Shown one piece after another: positions 49,736 through 60,071 of a stretch of 64,000 nt of DNA (position 1 is the first letter of the stretch; each line of letters starts with the position of its first letter). The DNA is from Planctomycetota bacterium (GTDB lineage Bacteria; Planctomycetota; UBA1135; UBA2386): the NCBI GenBank assembly GCA_965228735.1, contig OZ245838.1, positions 2,208,001 through 2,272,000 on the forward strand. Reading direction: 5' to 3'. Both the position numbers and the translations under genes were made by a program. The notes below the pieces were generated by a model. It saw only the letters and a list, made by a program, of their open reading frames with translations. It did not search any database and was not told the origin of the DNA.

Positions 49736-52700
49736 AACGCACCTCCGGCGATGTAGATGCCGTCATAGTAGCGCTGCCCGTCCCGTTCGAACGACTGCAC
49801 CTTGGTGAGGCGGCCACGGTGCTCGGCAAGCAGGGCGTCGACCTCGGCGCGGGTCCTCGCGAGGAAATGGCGCCGGTCGACCGCGTCGTCGCGCACGAAC
49901 AGACAATGGCACCGCAGATCACCGGCGCGATCGATCTCGATCGGCTGCCAACCCCCGGACGCGCGGCGCTCGACCTCGGCCTCCGTCAGGTCGTAACCGG
50001 CCCGCCAGTCGCGGGTCTCCCACAACAGGTTGCCGACCCCGACGAACGTGACCCGGCGACCCTCGCCTTCGCCGTCCACGACGAAGTCGGTGTAGCGCTG
50101 GCTGCCGCGCACGCGCTCGGAGAGGTCCGCGGTCGTCTGCCAGCGCCAACGCGGTGTGTGCACGCCGAGACTCTCCACGACAACCGTCGCACTGCGTTGC
50201 TCACCGGCGTTGCGCCAGATCTCGATGTCGACGGCGCGACCACCGCGCGCGAACTCGACGAGCGCGGGCGACGACAGCGGCTGATCACACTGCCAGCGCC
50301 AGGACCGTCGCATGAGTCCCATGTTTCGCACGAGCGTCGCGCTGAACCGCAGGGGCTCCGGGCTGTCGATCGCGAGATCGAGAATGCGCCACTCCTCCGC
50401 GACGAGCACGTCCAACTCGGCCCTGCTTGCCTCCGTGACCCAGCGACTCTCGAACGCGCCAGGATGATCGTCGGCATCCCGCAACGGAAACTCGTCGCGC
50501 GCGACCACCTGCTGGAACAGCTCCCGGAACTCGGCGTCCTCGTGCAGCCATGAGAACTGCTTGGCGCGCAACAGGTCGCTGTCGGTGTAGCCGTTCGTCA
50601 GCGCGGCTCGCAGCACGAGCGCGGCGTGCCGCCGACAGGCGTCCGCGGCGTTGCTCGCCGTCCTGCCGTGCCGCGCGAGAATCGCGAGCGCAGCAGCGGG
50701 CTCCCACTCGTGCGCCACGGTCTCGGGTGCCATCGCGAGCAGCTCTTCCGCGACCCGGGCTACGGCAGCAGCGCTCGCGACCGTCGCTGCGTGCAGGCAC
50801 GACTGAAAGTTCTTGCGCAGCCGGTTGCCGTAGTCCGGTCGCGGGTCGCTCGTCATCACCGCGCGCTGGTGGAACACGGCCTCGGCCCCGGCCCGCAACG
50901 ACCCGGTGTGATCGCCCGCGGCGTGGAGGTAGCCGCAGAGGTTGTTCAGGTTGGACCCGACGCGACTGCGATAAGCCGAGATGCTCGGATAGTCCGCCGC
51001 CAGCCCCCGGAACGCGGACACCGCCGATCGCGCAAGCGGCACGGCTTCCGCGGCGCCACTCAGTCGCCGGGTCGTGATTGCGAGATTGGTCAGGATGCCG
51101 GCGCGCAGCTGGCGACCGTGCGCATCGACCCGCTGCGCCAACGCGCGATCGATGTAGGCGAGCGCCTTCGTCGAACAATCGCGCTGGCGTTCGTGTTTCC
51201 CTTGCTCCATGTAACAGGTGCCGAGGAAGTTGTAGGCGTTCGCCGCGAACGTGAGGAACTGGCGCTCATCGACCGCCGCCAGCAGTGCTTCGATGAGTTC
51301 GACGGCGCGCTCCTCGTGCGTGATGGCTTCCTCGACTCGGCCGCGAGCCTGCAGCAAAGACGCCCGGCGCTGCTCGCTGTCCGCCAGCAAGTAGCGCAGC
51401 CCCGCCACCTCCGGCGACGCCTCACACCAACGTTCGAGGTCGACTGCGCTGGCTTCGAGTACCTGAACGGCGGCATCGAGCTCACCACGCGCTTCGAGCA
51501 CCGACGACAGCCAGCTCCGATTGCGGGCGAGCTCCTGTTTGAGCTTGTGCGCCCGGGGCTGCTCCCGCACGAGTTCCTCGAGCGTGGCGATCGCGGCACG
51601 ACCTTCGCCTTCCGCGCGCTCGTGGTCCCCGAGTCGATACACGACGTGACCCAGCACCCCGCGCGTGATCGCGACCCGCTCACGCAGAACGGGATCACGC
51701 GGTCGATCCTGCAGGAGCGAGCGCAGCAGACCGAGGGCATCATCGAGAACGTCGCGCCGCACGGGCTGTGCTTCTGGAACGTCTTCGAGAGCGTCCGCGC
51801 CGACCCGGTCGAGCATTCGGTCGATGGCCGTCATCGCGAGTGCGAGGCGGCCCTCGGCCTCGTTGCGGTACACGACGCTGGCGAACAGGCCGACGACGAG
51901 CGCGAGCACGACGCCGGCGAGCGCCATCGCGAGGGCACGGTTGCGCCGCACCCACTTGAACAGGCGGGCCAACGCCCCGACGTGGTAGGCCCGCACGACG
52001 CGAATCTCGAGGTAGGCGCGCAGGTCGGCCGCGAGCTCGCCGACGTCCGCGTACCGATCCTCGGGCCGATGGGCCATCGCGCGCTCGCAGATCGCGACGA
52101 GTTCGGGCGGCAGACCGGGCTTCACCACGGACAGCAACGGCGGCGGCCCGGCAACCACGCGGGCGAGGATCGAACGCGACGACGTCTGCGTCCCGTCCCC
52201 GGCGTACGGCACCCGCCCGCCGAGCAGGTGGTAGAGCATCGCGCCGATGGCGTAGACGTCGACCCGCGAGCCGACGCGGTCGACCTCGCCGCGCGCCTGC
52301 TCGGGCGCCATGTAGGCCGGCGTGCCGATGACGTCGCCCTCCATGGTCAGGAGCGGGGAATCGACTTCGGAGTCCGCCAGGTCGCGCCGCGTCGACCGAA
52401 CTCCGGCCGCCTGGTCGCGGCAGTCGGCCGGGCCTTCCGGTGCGATCCGGAGATCACGCCGGTCGGGCTGATCGAGCACCCGAGCGAGGCCCCAATCCAT
52501 GACGAACGTCTCGCCGAAACGACCGACCATCACGTTCGCGGGCTTGAGATCGCGATGCACCACGTTCTTGCTGTGCGCGAACGCCACGGCGTCGCAGACG
52601 CGCAGCAGCGCGTCGAGCGCGCGGTTCACCGTCCACGTCGGATCGCCGTTCCGCGCCGCCGCGATGACCTCCTTGAAGCTCTGCCCTTCGACGAGCGCCA

Positions 52701-53163
52701 TCGTGAAGTAGGCGGTGCCGTCGGCCCGCACGCCGACCTCGTGCACGGGCACGACCGCCGGGTGACTGAGCTGCGCCGTCACCTGCGCCTCCTCGAGCAG
52801 CCGCAGGGAATCGCCCGAGTCGGTGCCCGGCCGCGAGACCTTCATCGCGAGCATGCGCCGCAGCTGCCGGTCCCACACGCGGTAGACCCGCCCCATGCCG
52901 CCACGTCCGATCTCGCCGCGCTGTTCGTAGCGCTCCGACAGTCCCTCGTCGGTGGTGATCTCGGTCGTCACGCCGGGCGCGCTCGATGCGGCGCCACCCT
53001 CCCCCTGCAGCCGCTCGTACTCGGCCGCGATCACGCCCTCGTACCCGGCGAACCGCGCTTGATACTCGGCCAGCGAGCGCGCCGCTCCGCGGGCGCGATC
53101 CGCGGCATAGGACTGCAGGAACGCGAGCGCCACGCCGTCCGCATCACGATCCCGGGGGTTCAT
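49732..53163 (-). CDS. Hanks-type Ser/Thr protein kinase with TM, TPR-like region and C-terminal tandem repeats
   Basis: IGRGGMGRVY, LAMK, HRDLKPANVM, DWGLA, GTPAYMAPEQ, DVYAIG; all catalytic motifs intact. TM LAMALAGVVLALVVGLFASVV. Confidence 0.95.
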   Translation of the reverse strand: MNPRDRDADGVALAFLQSYAADRARGAARSLAEYQARFAGYEGVIAAEYERLQGEGGAASSAPGVTTEITTDEGLSERYEQRGEIGRGGMGRVYRVWDRQLRRMLAMKVSRPGTDSGDSLRLLEEAQVTAQLSHPAVVPVHEVGVRADGTAYFTMALVEGQSFKEVIAAARNGDPTWTVNRALDALLRVCDAVAFAHSKNVVHRDLKPANVMVGRFGETFVMDWGLARVLDQPDRRDLRIAPEGPADCRDQAAGVRSTRRDLADSEVDSPLLTMEGDVIGTPAYMAPEQARGEVDRVGSRVDVYAIGAMLYHLLGGRVPYAGDGTQTSSRSILARVVAGPPPLLSVVKPGLPPELVAICERAMAHRPEDRYADVGELAADLRAYLEIRVVRAYHVGALARLFKWVRRNRALAMALAGVVLALVVGLFASVVYRNEAEGRLALAMTAIDRMLDRVGADALEDVPEAQPVRRDVLDDALGLLRSLLQDRPRDPVLRERVAITRGVLGHVVYRLGDHERAEGEGRAAIATLEELVREQPRAHKLKQELARNRSWLSSVLEARGELDAAVQVLEASAVDLERWCEASPEVAGLRYLLADSEQRRASLLQARGRVEEAITHEERAVELIEALLAAVDERQFLTFAANAYNFLGTCYMEQGKHERQRDCSTKALAYIDRALAQRVDAHGRQLRAGILTNLAITTRRLSGAAEAVPLARSAVSAFRGLAADYPSISAYRSRVGSNLNNLCGYLHAAGDHTGSLRAGAEAVFHQRAVMTSDPRPDYGNRLRKNFQSCLHAATVASAAAVARVAEELLAMAPETVAHEWEPAAALAILARHGRTASNAADACRRHAALVLRAALTNGYTDSDLLRAKQFSWLHEDAEFRELFQQVVARDEFPLRDADDHPGAFESRWVTEASRAELDVLVAEEWRILDLAIDSPEPLRFSATLVRNMGLMRRSWRWQCDQPLSSPALVEFARGGRAVDIEIWRNAGEQRSATVVVESLGVHTPRWRWQTTADLSERVRGSQRYTDFVVDGEGEGRRVTFVGVGNLLWETRDWRAGYDLTEAEVERRASGGWQPIEIDRAGDLRCHCLFVRDDAVDRRHFLARTRAEVDALLAEHRGRLTKVQSFERDGQRYYDGIYIAGGAL

Positions 53164-53175
53164 CGCGGTTCCAAT

Positions 53176-54621
53176 CTACAGCAGCTCCGGCACGACGCGG
53201 CCACCGACGTCGGTCAATCGGAAGTCGCGGCCGCGGAAGCGATGCGTCAGCCGTTCGTGATCCAGTCCGAACAGATGCAGGATCGTCGCCTGCAGGTCAT
53301 GCACGTGCACCGGACGCTCGGTCACCGCGTAACCGAACTCGTCGGTCGCGCCGACGACCTGTCCCCCGCGCACACCGCCGCCGGCGAGCCAGCCGGAGAA
53401 CGCCTTGCTGTGGTGGTCGCGACCGTGCTCGTCACCACTGCGCCCGCCCTGGTTCATCGGCGTTCTGCCGAACTCGCCCGCGAAGACCACGAGGGTGTCG
53501 TCCAGCATGCCACGCACGTGCAGATCCGTGAGCAGCGCCGCGCACGCCCGATCGACCTCGAGCGCCTTCGTGCGGATCCTGGTCGGCAGCTGGAAGTGAT
53601 GATCCCAACCACCGTGGCACAATTGGATGACGCGCACGCCGCGCTCGGCCAGCCGGCGCGCGAGCAGGCAGTTGTTCGCGAACGACGGCTGCCCCGGCGC
53701 GGCGCCGTACAGCGCCAGCGTGCTGCGGCTCTCGGCCGACAGGTCCACGAGCTCCGGCACCGAGCTCTGCATCCGGTACGCCATCTCGTATGCCGCGGTC
53801 CGGGTCGCGATCGCCGGATCACCGACGAGCGCGCCGCGCAAGCCGTTGAGCTCGGCCACCGCATCGAGCTGGGCCCGCCGCACACCTGCAGTCACGCCAT
53901 CGCCGTCCCGCAGGAACGGCACGGGCTCCGGGCCGGGCGCGAGCAGCACGCCCTGGTTGGAGCCCGGCAGGAACCCGGCACCCCAGAGCCGCGCCGGTGG
54001 CGCGTCGCCGGGTTCGGTGCCCGACGTCATCACCACGAACGCGGGCAGGTCGCCATTGGCGCTCCCGAGCGCGTGGGTCAGCCAGGCGCCGAGGCTCGGC
54101 CGACCCGCGCGTTCGCTGCCCGTCAGCAGCATCGTGTGGGCCGGATCGTGATTGAGGACGTCGGTGTGCAGCGACCGCACGACCGCGAGCCGATCGGCGA
54201 CCGAGCCGAGGTGCGGCAGCAGCTCGGAGAGCTCGATGCCGCTCTCGCCGCAGCGCCGGAAGTCGAACCGCGAACCAGCGATCACGAGTCGGCGGCCGAC
54301 GAGCTGGTCGACCTCCTGACCACGCACCAGGCTGTCGGGCATCGGCTCGCCGTCGCGCTCGCGCAGCAACGGCTTGGGGTCGAACAGATCGATCTGCGAG
54401 GGCGCGCCGATCTGCGTCAGCAGGATGATGCGGCGGGCGCGGGGGGCGAAGTGTGGATCGGCTGCCATCGGCACGCCGGTCATCGGCACGCCCACCATCC
54501 GCACACCGGCCGCAGCCGATGCCATGGCAGCGGCGCTGCCGCCGACGAACGACCGGCGGTCGATACCCCGCTCGCGAGACCCGCCGATCGCCGGCGCCGA
54601 AGAGGTCGGACGTTCACCCAC
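53176..54621 (-). CDS. DUF1501 domain protein (Tat-exported)
   Basis: Probable GTG at 54621 overlapping the upstream stop. DRRSFV Tat motif, PHFAPRARRII, GAPSQIDLFDPKP, FANNCLLARRLAERGVR, GWDHH, GEFGRTP, GRDFRLTDVGG. Confidence 0.92.
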   Translation of the reverse strand: MGERPTSSAPAIGGSRERGIDRRSFVGGSAAAMASAAAGVRMVGVPMTGVPMAADPHFAPRARRIILLTQIGAPSQIDLFDPKPLLRERDGEPMPDSLVRGQEVDQLVGRRLVIAGSRFDFRRCGESGIELSELLPHLGSVADRLAVVRSLHTDVLNHDPAHTMLLTGSERAGRPSLGAWLTHALGSANGDLPAFVVMTSGTEPGDAPPARLWGAGFLPGSNQGVLLAPGPEPVPFLRDGDGVTAGVRRAQLDAVAELNGLRGALVGDPAIATRTAAYEMAYRMQSSVPELVDLSAESRSTLALYGAAPGQPSFANNCLLARRLAERGVRVIQLCHGGWDHHFQLPTRIRTKALEVDRACAALLTDLHVRGMLDDTLVVFAGEFGRTPMNQGGRSGDEHGRDHHSKAFSGWLAGGGVRGGQVVGATDEFGYAVTERPVHVHDLQATILHLFGLDHERLTHRFRGRDFRLTDVGGRVVPELL

Positions 54622-57370
54622 GGGTCTGCGCCTCGTCGAGGTTGAGCAGGACTGCGGCGACGTGGCCCCAGACAACCTCGTCGTCGCCTGGCGCGACCGC
54701 TCGCAATCGCGCGAGCAACGCCGAGAACACGGCCCGCTCGGCGGGCAGCGGCGGCCGCGAGAGGCACGCCAGATGCCCGTACGAAAGCCGCGCGTCGTCG
54801 TCACGGCCCGCGCCGATCATCCGTTGGCCGAGCGCGTGGGCTGCCGCAACCGCGACCGGGTCGTTCCACTGCGCCAGCGCCTGGAGCGGCGTGGTCGTCA
54901 CGGCCCGGCGCGCCACGCAGACCTCGCGCGTGGGTGCGTCGAACAGCGCGAACGGCATGTAGGGCGACGATCGGCGCACGTGCACGTAGAGCCCGCGGCG
55001 ATGACTCTCGTCGAGCGGAGTCGCGCGGTCTCCGGGCCAGAGGTCGGCCGGCTGCGGCGGTCGCACCGGCGGGCCGCCGACCGTCGGGTCGAGCAGAGCG
55101 GCCGCGACCAGGGCATGGTCGCGCAGCAGCTCGGCGGGCAGCCGCCACCGCCCGCCGCGGGCGAGCAGCGCGTTCGCCGGGTCCGCCTGATACGCCCTTT
55201 CGCCAACGGTGCTGCGTTGCCGGTAGGTCGCCGAGTTGACGAGCATCCTGACGAGCCGTTTGACGTCGAAGCCGCCGTCGACGAAGTCCCGCGCCAGCCA
55301 GTCGAGCAGCTGCGGATGCGTCGGGCGCGCCCCGCGGGAGCCGAAGTCGTCGAGCGTCGCGACGAGGCCGCGGCCGAAGAGCTGACACCAGATGCGGTTC
55401 ACGAACACGCGACCGACGAGCGGGTGATCCGGGTGCACGAGCCAGCGGGCGAACCCGAGTCGGTTCCGGGGCGCGCCTTCGGGCCAGCCGAGCACGAGCT
55501 CCGGCACGCCGGGATCGACGCGTTCGCCGGCCACCCGGAAGTCGCCGCGCGGCCGCACGCAGGTCGGGCGCCGCTCGGCCCGCTCGCGCAGCACGGGAGT
55601 CGTCGTGACCCCGTCACGCAGCCGGTCTCGCAAGGCAGCAGTCTCGCGGATCGCGGCGTCGATCCGGCGCAGATCGGGGTCGTGGCGGTTGCCGAAGTCG
55701 CGGCGGAGCAGCGCCGCGATCGCCGGATCGGCACCGGCCCGCAACGCCGCCGCCCGCAAGTCTGCGTCGATCACGCGAGCCAGTTCGGCTGCGGTCAACG
55801 CGCGATCCGTGATGCGCAGCTCGTCGATCACCCCATGGAACCCGGCATCGTCAGCCCCGCCGATGCGCAGCGCCGCGGGGTTGCTCGGGTCCCCGGCGAC
55901 GGTATCGGCGCGGCGGGAATCGACCGCCCAACGGACGCCGTCGATCCAGAGCGTGATGCCGTCGACCCGGCGCGAACCGTCATAGCTCGCGGCGACGTGG
56001 ACCCACCGGCGGCGCGCGATGCGGTGGCGAGTGCGCACGGCGAGCTCATCCTCGGCATCCTCGTCACCGACGAGGCTGAACCAGAGCCGGTCGCCAGCGA
56101 GCCCGAACCAGAACCCGCGGCCGTTGCCGGCCTCGTCGACCTTGGCCGCGATCGTCGCACCCGTGAGCCCCCCGAATCCATGCGACTGGACCCACGCGCT
56201 GATCGCGAACGGTCGATCGAGGGCGATGCCGCCGCGGTCGCCGAGGTCGACGACGGAGTCGTTGCCGTCGAACCTCGCCGCCGAGCCGCGGATCCCGGGC
56301 ACCCAATCGATCCGCCCGACGCCGCGCACTTCGGCCACACCTTGCACCTCGCCGTCGAGCGGCGCGTGCACGCGCAGCGGCCCGCCCGCAGCGATCGGAG
56401 TCGACGCGGCTTCCCGCACGAGGACGCGATGGTGCGCCGCCGCTTCCGGTTCGCGCAGCGCCGCGAGCTCTTCGCGTTCGGCCTGCAGGTCGTCGAGGCG
56501 TTGCTGCAGTTCGAGCAGGCGCGTGGCCTGCGCAGCGTCGGGCAGCGCCAACGTCGGCGCCATGCCGCGCCCGCGGACGAGACCACCGTCTGCCGTGTTG
56601 TCGAAGAACGCGAACAACCGGTAGTAGTCCCGCTGCGACAGCGGGTCGTACATGTGATCGTGGCACTCGGCGCAACCGACCGTCAGTCCCAACCAGGTCG
56701 TGCCGATCGTCGCGATCCGATCGGCCACGTGCCGGTGGTGATACTCGCCCGGCAGGCCGACGCCCTCGTTCTCCAACGGATGGAGCCGCAGGAAGCCCGT
56801 CGCGATGCGATCGTCGACGGTCGCCTCGGGCAGGAGATCGCCGGCCAGCTGCGCCACCGTGAAGCGGTCGAAGCGCATGTTCTCGTTCCACGCGGCAACG
56901 GCCCAGTCGCGCCAGCGCCAGACGTCGCGCTCGCCGTCGTTGAGATAGCCGTTCGTGTCCGCGTAGCGCGCGAGATCCAGCCAGCGCAGCGCCATGCGTT
57001 CGCCGTAGTGCGGCGAGGCGAGCAACCGGTCCACGAGCCGTTCGTAGGCGTCGACGCGATCGTCGGCGAGGAACGCGGTGACCTCGGCCGGGCTCGGCGG
57101 CAACCCGGTGAGGTCCAGCGCGAGCCGGCGAACGAGCGTGGCGCGACCGGCGGCCGGCGCCGGGGCGAGCCCGGCAGCCTCGAGACGCGACAGCACGAAC
57201 GCGTCGACCGGCTCGCGCACCCAGTCCGGCGTGGCGACCGTCGGCAACGCCGGCGGCTCCGGGCGGTGGAACGCCCAATGATCGCTCCCCTGGCTCGGGG
57301 CCTGCTGCTGAGCCGCCACCAGGGCGCCGAGGAGCACTGGCGGCAGCAGGGCGAACGGGACCGGGGGCAT
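54614..57370 (-). CDS. DUF1549/DUF1553 protein with an inserted LamG/ConA-like domain
   Basis: HWAF, VRRLALDLTGLPP, YGERMALRWLDLARYADTNG, CAECHDHMYDP. LamG insert ARFDG..FAISAWV..WVHVAASYDG..FHGVIDELRI. RVFVNRIW..GRGLV, TTPLQAL. Confidence 0.93.
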   Translation of the reverse strand: MPPVPFALLPPVLLGALVAAQQQAPSQGSDHWAFHRPEPPALPTVATPDWVREPVDAFVLSRLEAAGLAPAPAAGRATLVRRLALDLTGLPPSPAEVTAFLADDRVDAYERLVDRLLASPHYGERMALRWLDLARYADTNGYLNDGERDVWRWRDWAVAAWNENMRFDRFTVAQLAGDLLPEATVDDRIATGFLRLHPLENEGVGLPGEYHHRHVADRIATIGTTWLGLTVGCAECHDHMYDPLSQRDYYRLFAFFDNTADGGLVRGRGMAPTLALPDAAQATRLLELQQRLDDLQAEREELAALREPEAAAHHRVLVREAASTPIAAGGPLRVHAPLDGEVQGVAEVRGVGRIDWVPGIRGSAARFDGNDSVVDLGDRGGIALDRPFAISAWVQSHGFGGLTGATIAAKVDEAGNGRGFWFGLAGDRLWFSLVGDEDAEDELAVRTRHRIARRRWVHVAASYDGSRRVDGITLWIDGVRWAVDSRRADTVAGDPSNPAALRIGGADDAGFHGVIDELRITDRALTAAELARVIDADLRAAALRAGADPAIAALLRRDFGNRHDPDLRRIDAAIRETAALRDRLRDGVTTTPVLRERAERRPTCVRPRGDFRVAGERVDPGVPELVLGWPEGAPRNRLGFARWLVHPDHPLVGRVFVNRIWCQLFGRGLVATLDDFGSRGARPTHPQLLDWLARDFVDGGFDVKRLVRMLVNSATYRQRSTVGERAYQADPANALLARGGRWRLPAELLRDHALVAAALLDPTVGGPPVRPPQPADLWPGDRATPLDESHRRGLYVHVRRSSPYMPFALFDAPTREVCVARRAVTTTPLQALAQWNDPVAVAAAHALGQRMIGAGRDDDARLSYGHLACLSRPPLPAERAVFSALLARLRAVAPGDDEVVWGHVAAVLLNLDEAQTRG

Positions 57371-57422
57371 ACCACCCGGTTCCCGCAAGCGCCGAGGCGC
57401 GACAAGAAAGACCGGAAAGTCC

Positions 57423-59948
57423 TCAGATGTCGCCGATCATGCCGACGACCGCGTTGCTCGCGGCGAGTCCGTAGTTGTTGATCCCGGGCACGAACGCGCC
57501 GCCCTGGGCGTAGAGCATCACACCGACGAACGACGGATCCGCGGGGATGTCCAGGGCGAACACCGGACCGGGGACCGGCAACGGCAGCAGCACGGTCGCA
57601 GCGCCACCGGTGTGCTGGACGCACCCGGGCGCATTGGCACCGAGCGAGCCGATGCCAAACGTAACGTCGAGCTGCAGGAAGCCGAACACCGCCGCCGCCG
57701 GGATGCCGGTCAGGTCGAGCTCCCAGGTCGTGCACGACACCGGTCGGTTGCGCGCCGCGAGCATGGGGCCGTTGCAGCTCGAGCCGGACTCCGCGCTCGT
57801 CGCGCGGATCGCGCCGGTCGCCGGCAGGCTCGAGAGGAAGAGCAGCGTGAACTGGGCGTCCGCGGCATTGCCACTCGCGTCGAACGTCTTGACGATGACC
57901 CGCGATCCGTTGGCGCCGGGGATCGAGGCGAGGCCGTCGACGTTCGCATACTCGGCACCACCGCCGAAGGCCGTCGCCTGCACCACGAACCGGTCCGAGT
58001 ACGACAGATCCGGGAACGAGACCCTGTAGGTCCCCGTCCCCAGGCGCTCGATGAACTCGGAGTTCGCCGGTCCGACCGTGCCGTTGCTGTCGGTGTAGTC
58101 GACCGCCGGCGAGTAGCTGCTCGCCAACTCGTGCGCGGCCCAGACGTGACCGCCGGCGCCATCGTGCTCGGAGATCGGCGCCGCGGTCTCGTTGTAGCTC
58201 ATCACGAAGCGGCCATCGACGAGGATGCCGTTGCTGTTCGTCGTGCGCACTCCGACCACCATGTCGGTGCCGTTCGACGACCAGCCCGTGATCTTGGCCC
58301 GCAGGTTGTTGTTGGCATACGCCGTGACCTGCACGTGGCCGAGCTCGGTCCCCGCGGGCTCGAGCCCGGGCAGCGTGACGGCATACGTGCCGATCGCGAC
58401 CCGCGTGACCGACGGACTGCCGCGGTCGGCGTTCCACGAGTAGTCGGTCGGCGGCGTGTAGCTCGGGTTCGCCGGCGAGCTGGCCCAGACGTAGGCCTCG
58501 CGATCGCGGTTGTTGCCGCCGCGACGGAACCGCACGAAGAACCGTTCGTCATCGGCCGGTCCACCGTTCGGTGCGAACAGCTCGACCGTCGCCACGACGT
58601 CGTCGTTCTGCTGGTTCCAGCCGTTCACGACGGCCGTGTGATTGCCATCGAACGCCGACGCGTGCACGATCCCGTGGCTCGAACCCACCCCGTGGAAGCG
58701 CACGAAGAAGCGGTTCTGCTGCCCGGGGTCGCGGTTGACCGTGACCTCCTCGTCGACCGTCGAGTATCGCCAGCCGGGCGGCACCGAGAACGCCGGACCC
58801 TGGCCCGCAGGCGAGATGAACGCCCACGCCATGACGGGCCTGGCGGCCGGCCGGTTGGTCAGGAACTGCAGTGTGAAGCGCGAGTCCGCCGGGTTGCCGG
58901 CCGCGTCGAACGTGTCGACGAGAACAGTCGAGCCGCCGCATGCGGAATGCGTCCACCCACCGATCGTCGCGAACGTCGGCTGCGAGCCGTACGCCGTGAC
59001 CTGCGCGGTCGCGCTCCACACGGGAACGACGCTCGGCAGCTCGACGCGATACGCGCCGACGCCGAGCCGTTCGATCTTCTGCGCGTCCTGCGGCCCGTAG
59101 CGGCCGTTGCTGAACGTGTAGCGCGCATCCGGCTCGTAGCTCGGCGACAGCTCGTTGCCGGCCCAGACGTGGACGCCGGAACCATCGAGCTCCGAGATCG
59201 GCGCGACCGTCTCGTTGTAGCCGAGCACGAACTCGGCATCCGCGGGCGTGCCGGCCATGTCGTAGCACTGCACGCGCACGATCGCGTCGACGCCGTTGCT
59301 GCTCCAGCTGAGCACGTTCGCGCGGCGCGGGACGTCGCCGTAGGGCGCCACCTGCACGTGGCCGCGTTCGAAGCCGGTGGCGGCGAGCCCCGGCAGATCG
59401 ACCTCGTAGTCGCCGGGCCCCATCCGGACGATCGTCGGATCGGCGCGATTGCCGTTCCACGAGTACAGGTTCAGCGGCGTGTATGCCGGATTGGTCTCGT
59501 CGTTGGCCCACAGGTAGGCCTGCCGCAGCCCCGCGTCACCACCGCGCCGGAACGTGGCCGTGAACTTGCCGTCGTTCGCCCGACCACCCGCGGCATCGAA
59601 CAGTTCGATGACCGCGCGGACGTCGCCGCCCGAGTTGCTCCAGCTCTTCACGACCGCGGTGTGGTTGCCGTCGCACGCGCTCGCGAGCACGACGCCCGTC
59701 GACGGTGACATCCCTTCGAATACCACGGTGAAGCGGTTCTGCTGCGCCGGGTCACGGTCTACCGTGACCGCACCACCGCTCGTGGTGTACTGCCGCGCGG
59801 GATCGGGGGTGAACGATGCACCTTCCCCGACTGGATCGACGTAGGCCCACGCGACGTCCTGCGCGGACGCGGCGATGGCAGTGAGGGTCAGGGCGGCGAC
59901 AGACCGGGCGAGCAGGGACCGGCCGAACGAGATTCGGGAGCTGGGCAT
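57423..59948 (-). CDS. Secreted beta-rich repeat protein, paralogue 2 (841 aa)
   Basis: Signal peptide ending ASAQ; same (ABC)2 plus C-terminal domain layout as 24762..27284. Confidence 0.9.
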   Translation of the reverse strand: MPSSRISFGRSLLARSVAALTLTAIAASAQDVAWAYVDPVGEGASFTPDPARQYTTSGGAVTVDRDPAQQNRFTVVFEGMSPSTGVVLASACDGNHTAVVKSWSNSGGDVRAVIELFDAAGGRANDGKFTATFRRGGDAGLRQAYLWANDETNPAYTPLNLYSWNGNRADPTIVRMGPGDYEVDLPGLAATGFERGHVQVAPYGDVPRRANVLSWSSNGVDAIVRVQCYDMAGTPADAEFVLGYNETVAPISELDGSGVHVWAGNELSPSYEPDARYTFSNGRYGPQDAQKIERLGVGAYRVELPSVVPVWSATAQVTAYGSQPTFATIGGWTHSACGGSTVLVDTFDAAGNPADSRFTLQFLTNRPAARPVMAWAFISPAGQGPAFSVPPGWRYSTVDEEVTVNRDPGQQNRFFVRFHGVGSSHGIVHASAFDGNHTAVVNGWNQQNDDVVATVELFAPNGGPADDERFFVRFRRGGNNRDREAYVWASSPANPSYTPPTDYSWNADRGSPSVTRVAIGTYAVTLPGLEPAGTELGHVQVTAYANNNLRAKITGWSSNGTDMVVGVRTTNSNGILVDGRFVMSYNETAAPISEHDGAGGHVWAAHELASSYSPAVDYTDSNGTVGPANSEFIERLGTGTYRVSFPDLSYSDRFVVQATAFGGGAEYANVDGLASIPGANGSRVIVKTFDASGNAADAQFTLLFLSSLPATGAIRATSAESGSSCNGPMLAARNRPVSCTTWELDLTGIPAAAVFGFLQLDVTFGIGSLGANAPGCVQHTGGAATVLLPLPVPGPVFALDIPADPSFVGVMLYAQGGAFVPGINNYGLAASNAVVGMIGDI

Positions 59949-60071
59949 CGGATCGAGTGCTTGGGACTGCCCTGCCGGGACCCGCGCTCGGGGGGTTCGC
60001 GACCGACAGCGCTATCCGAGGAGCGCCGCCCGCGGAGGCGAGCGGACCCCGATTCCCCGCAATCGGAGGCC

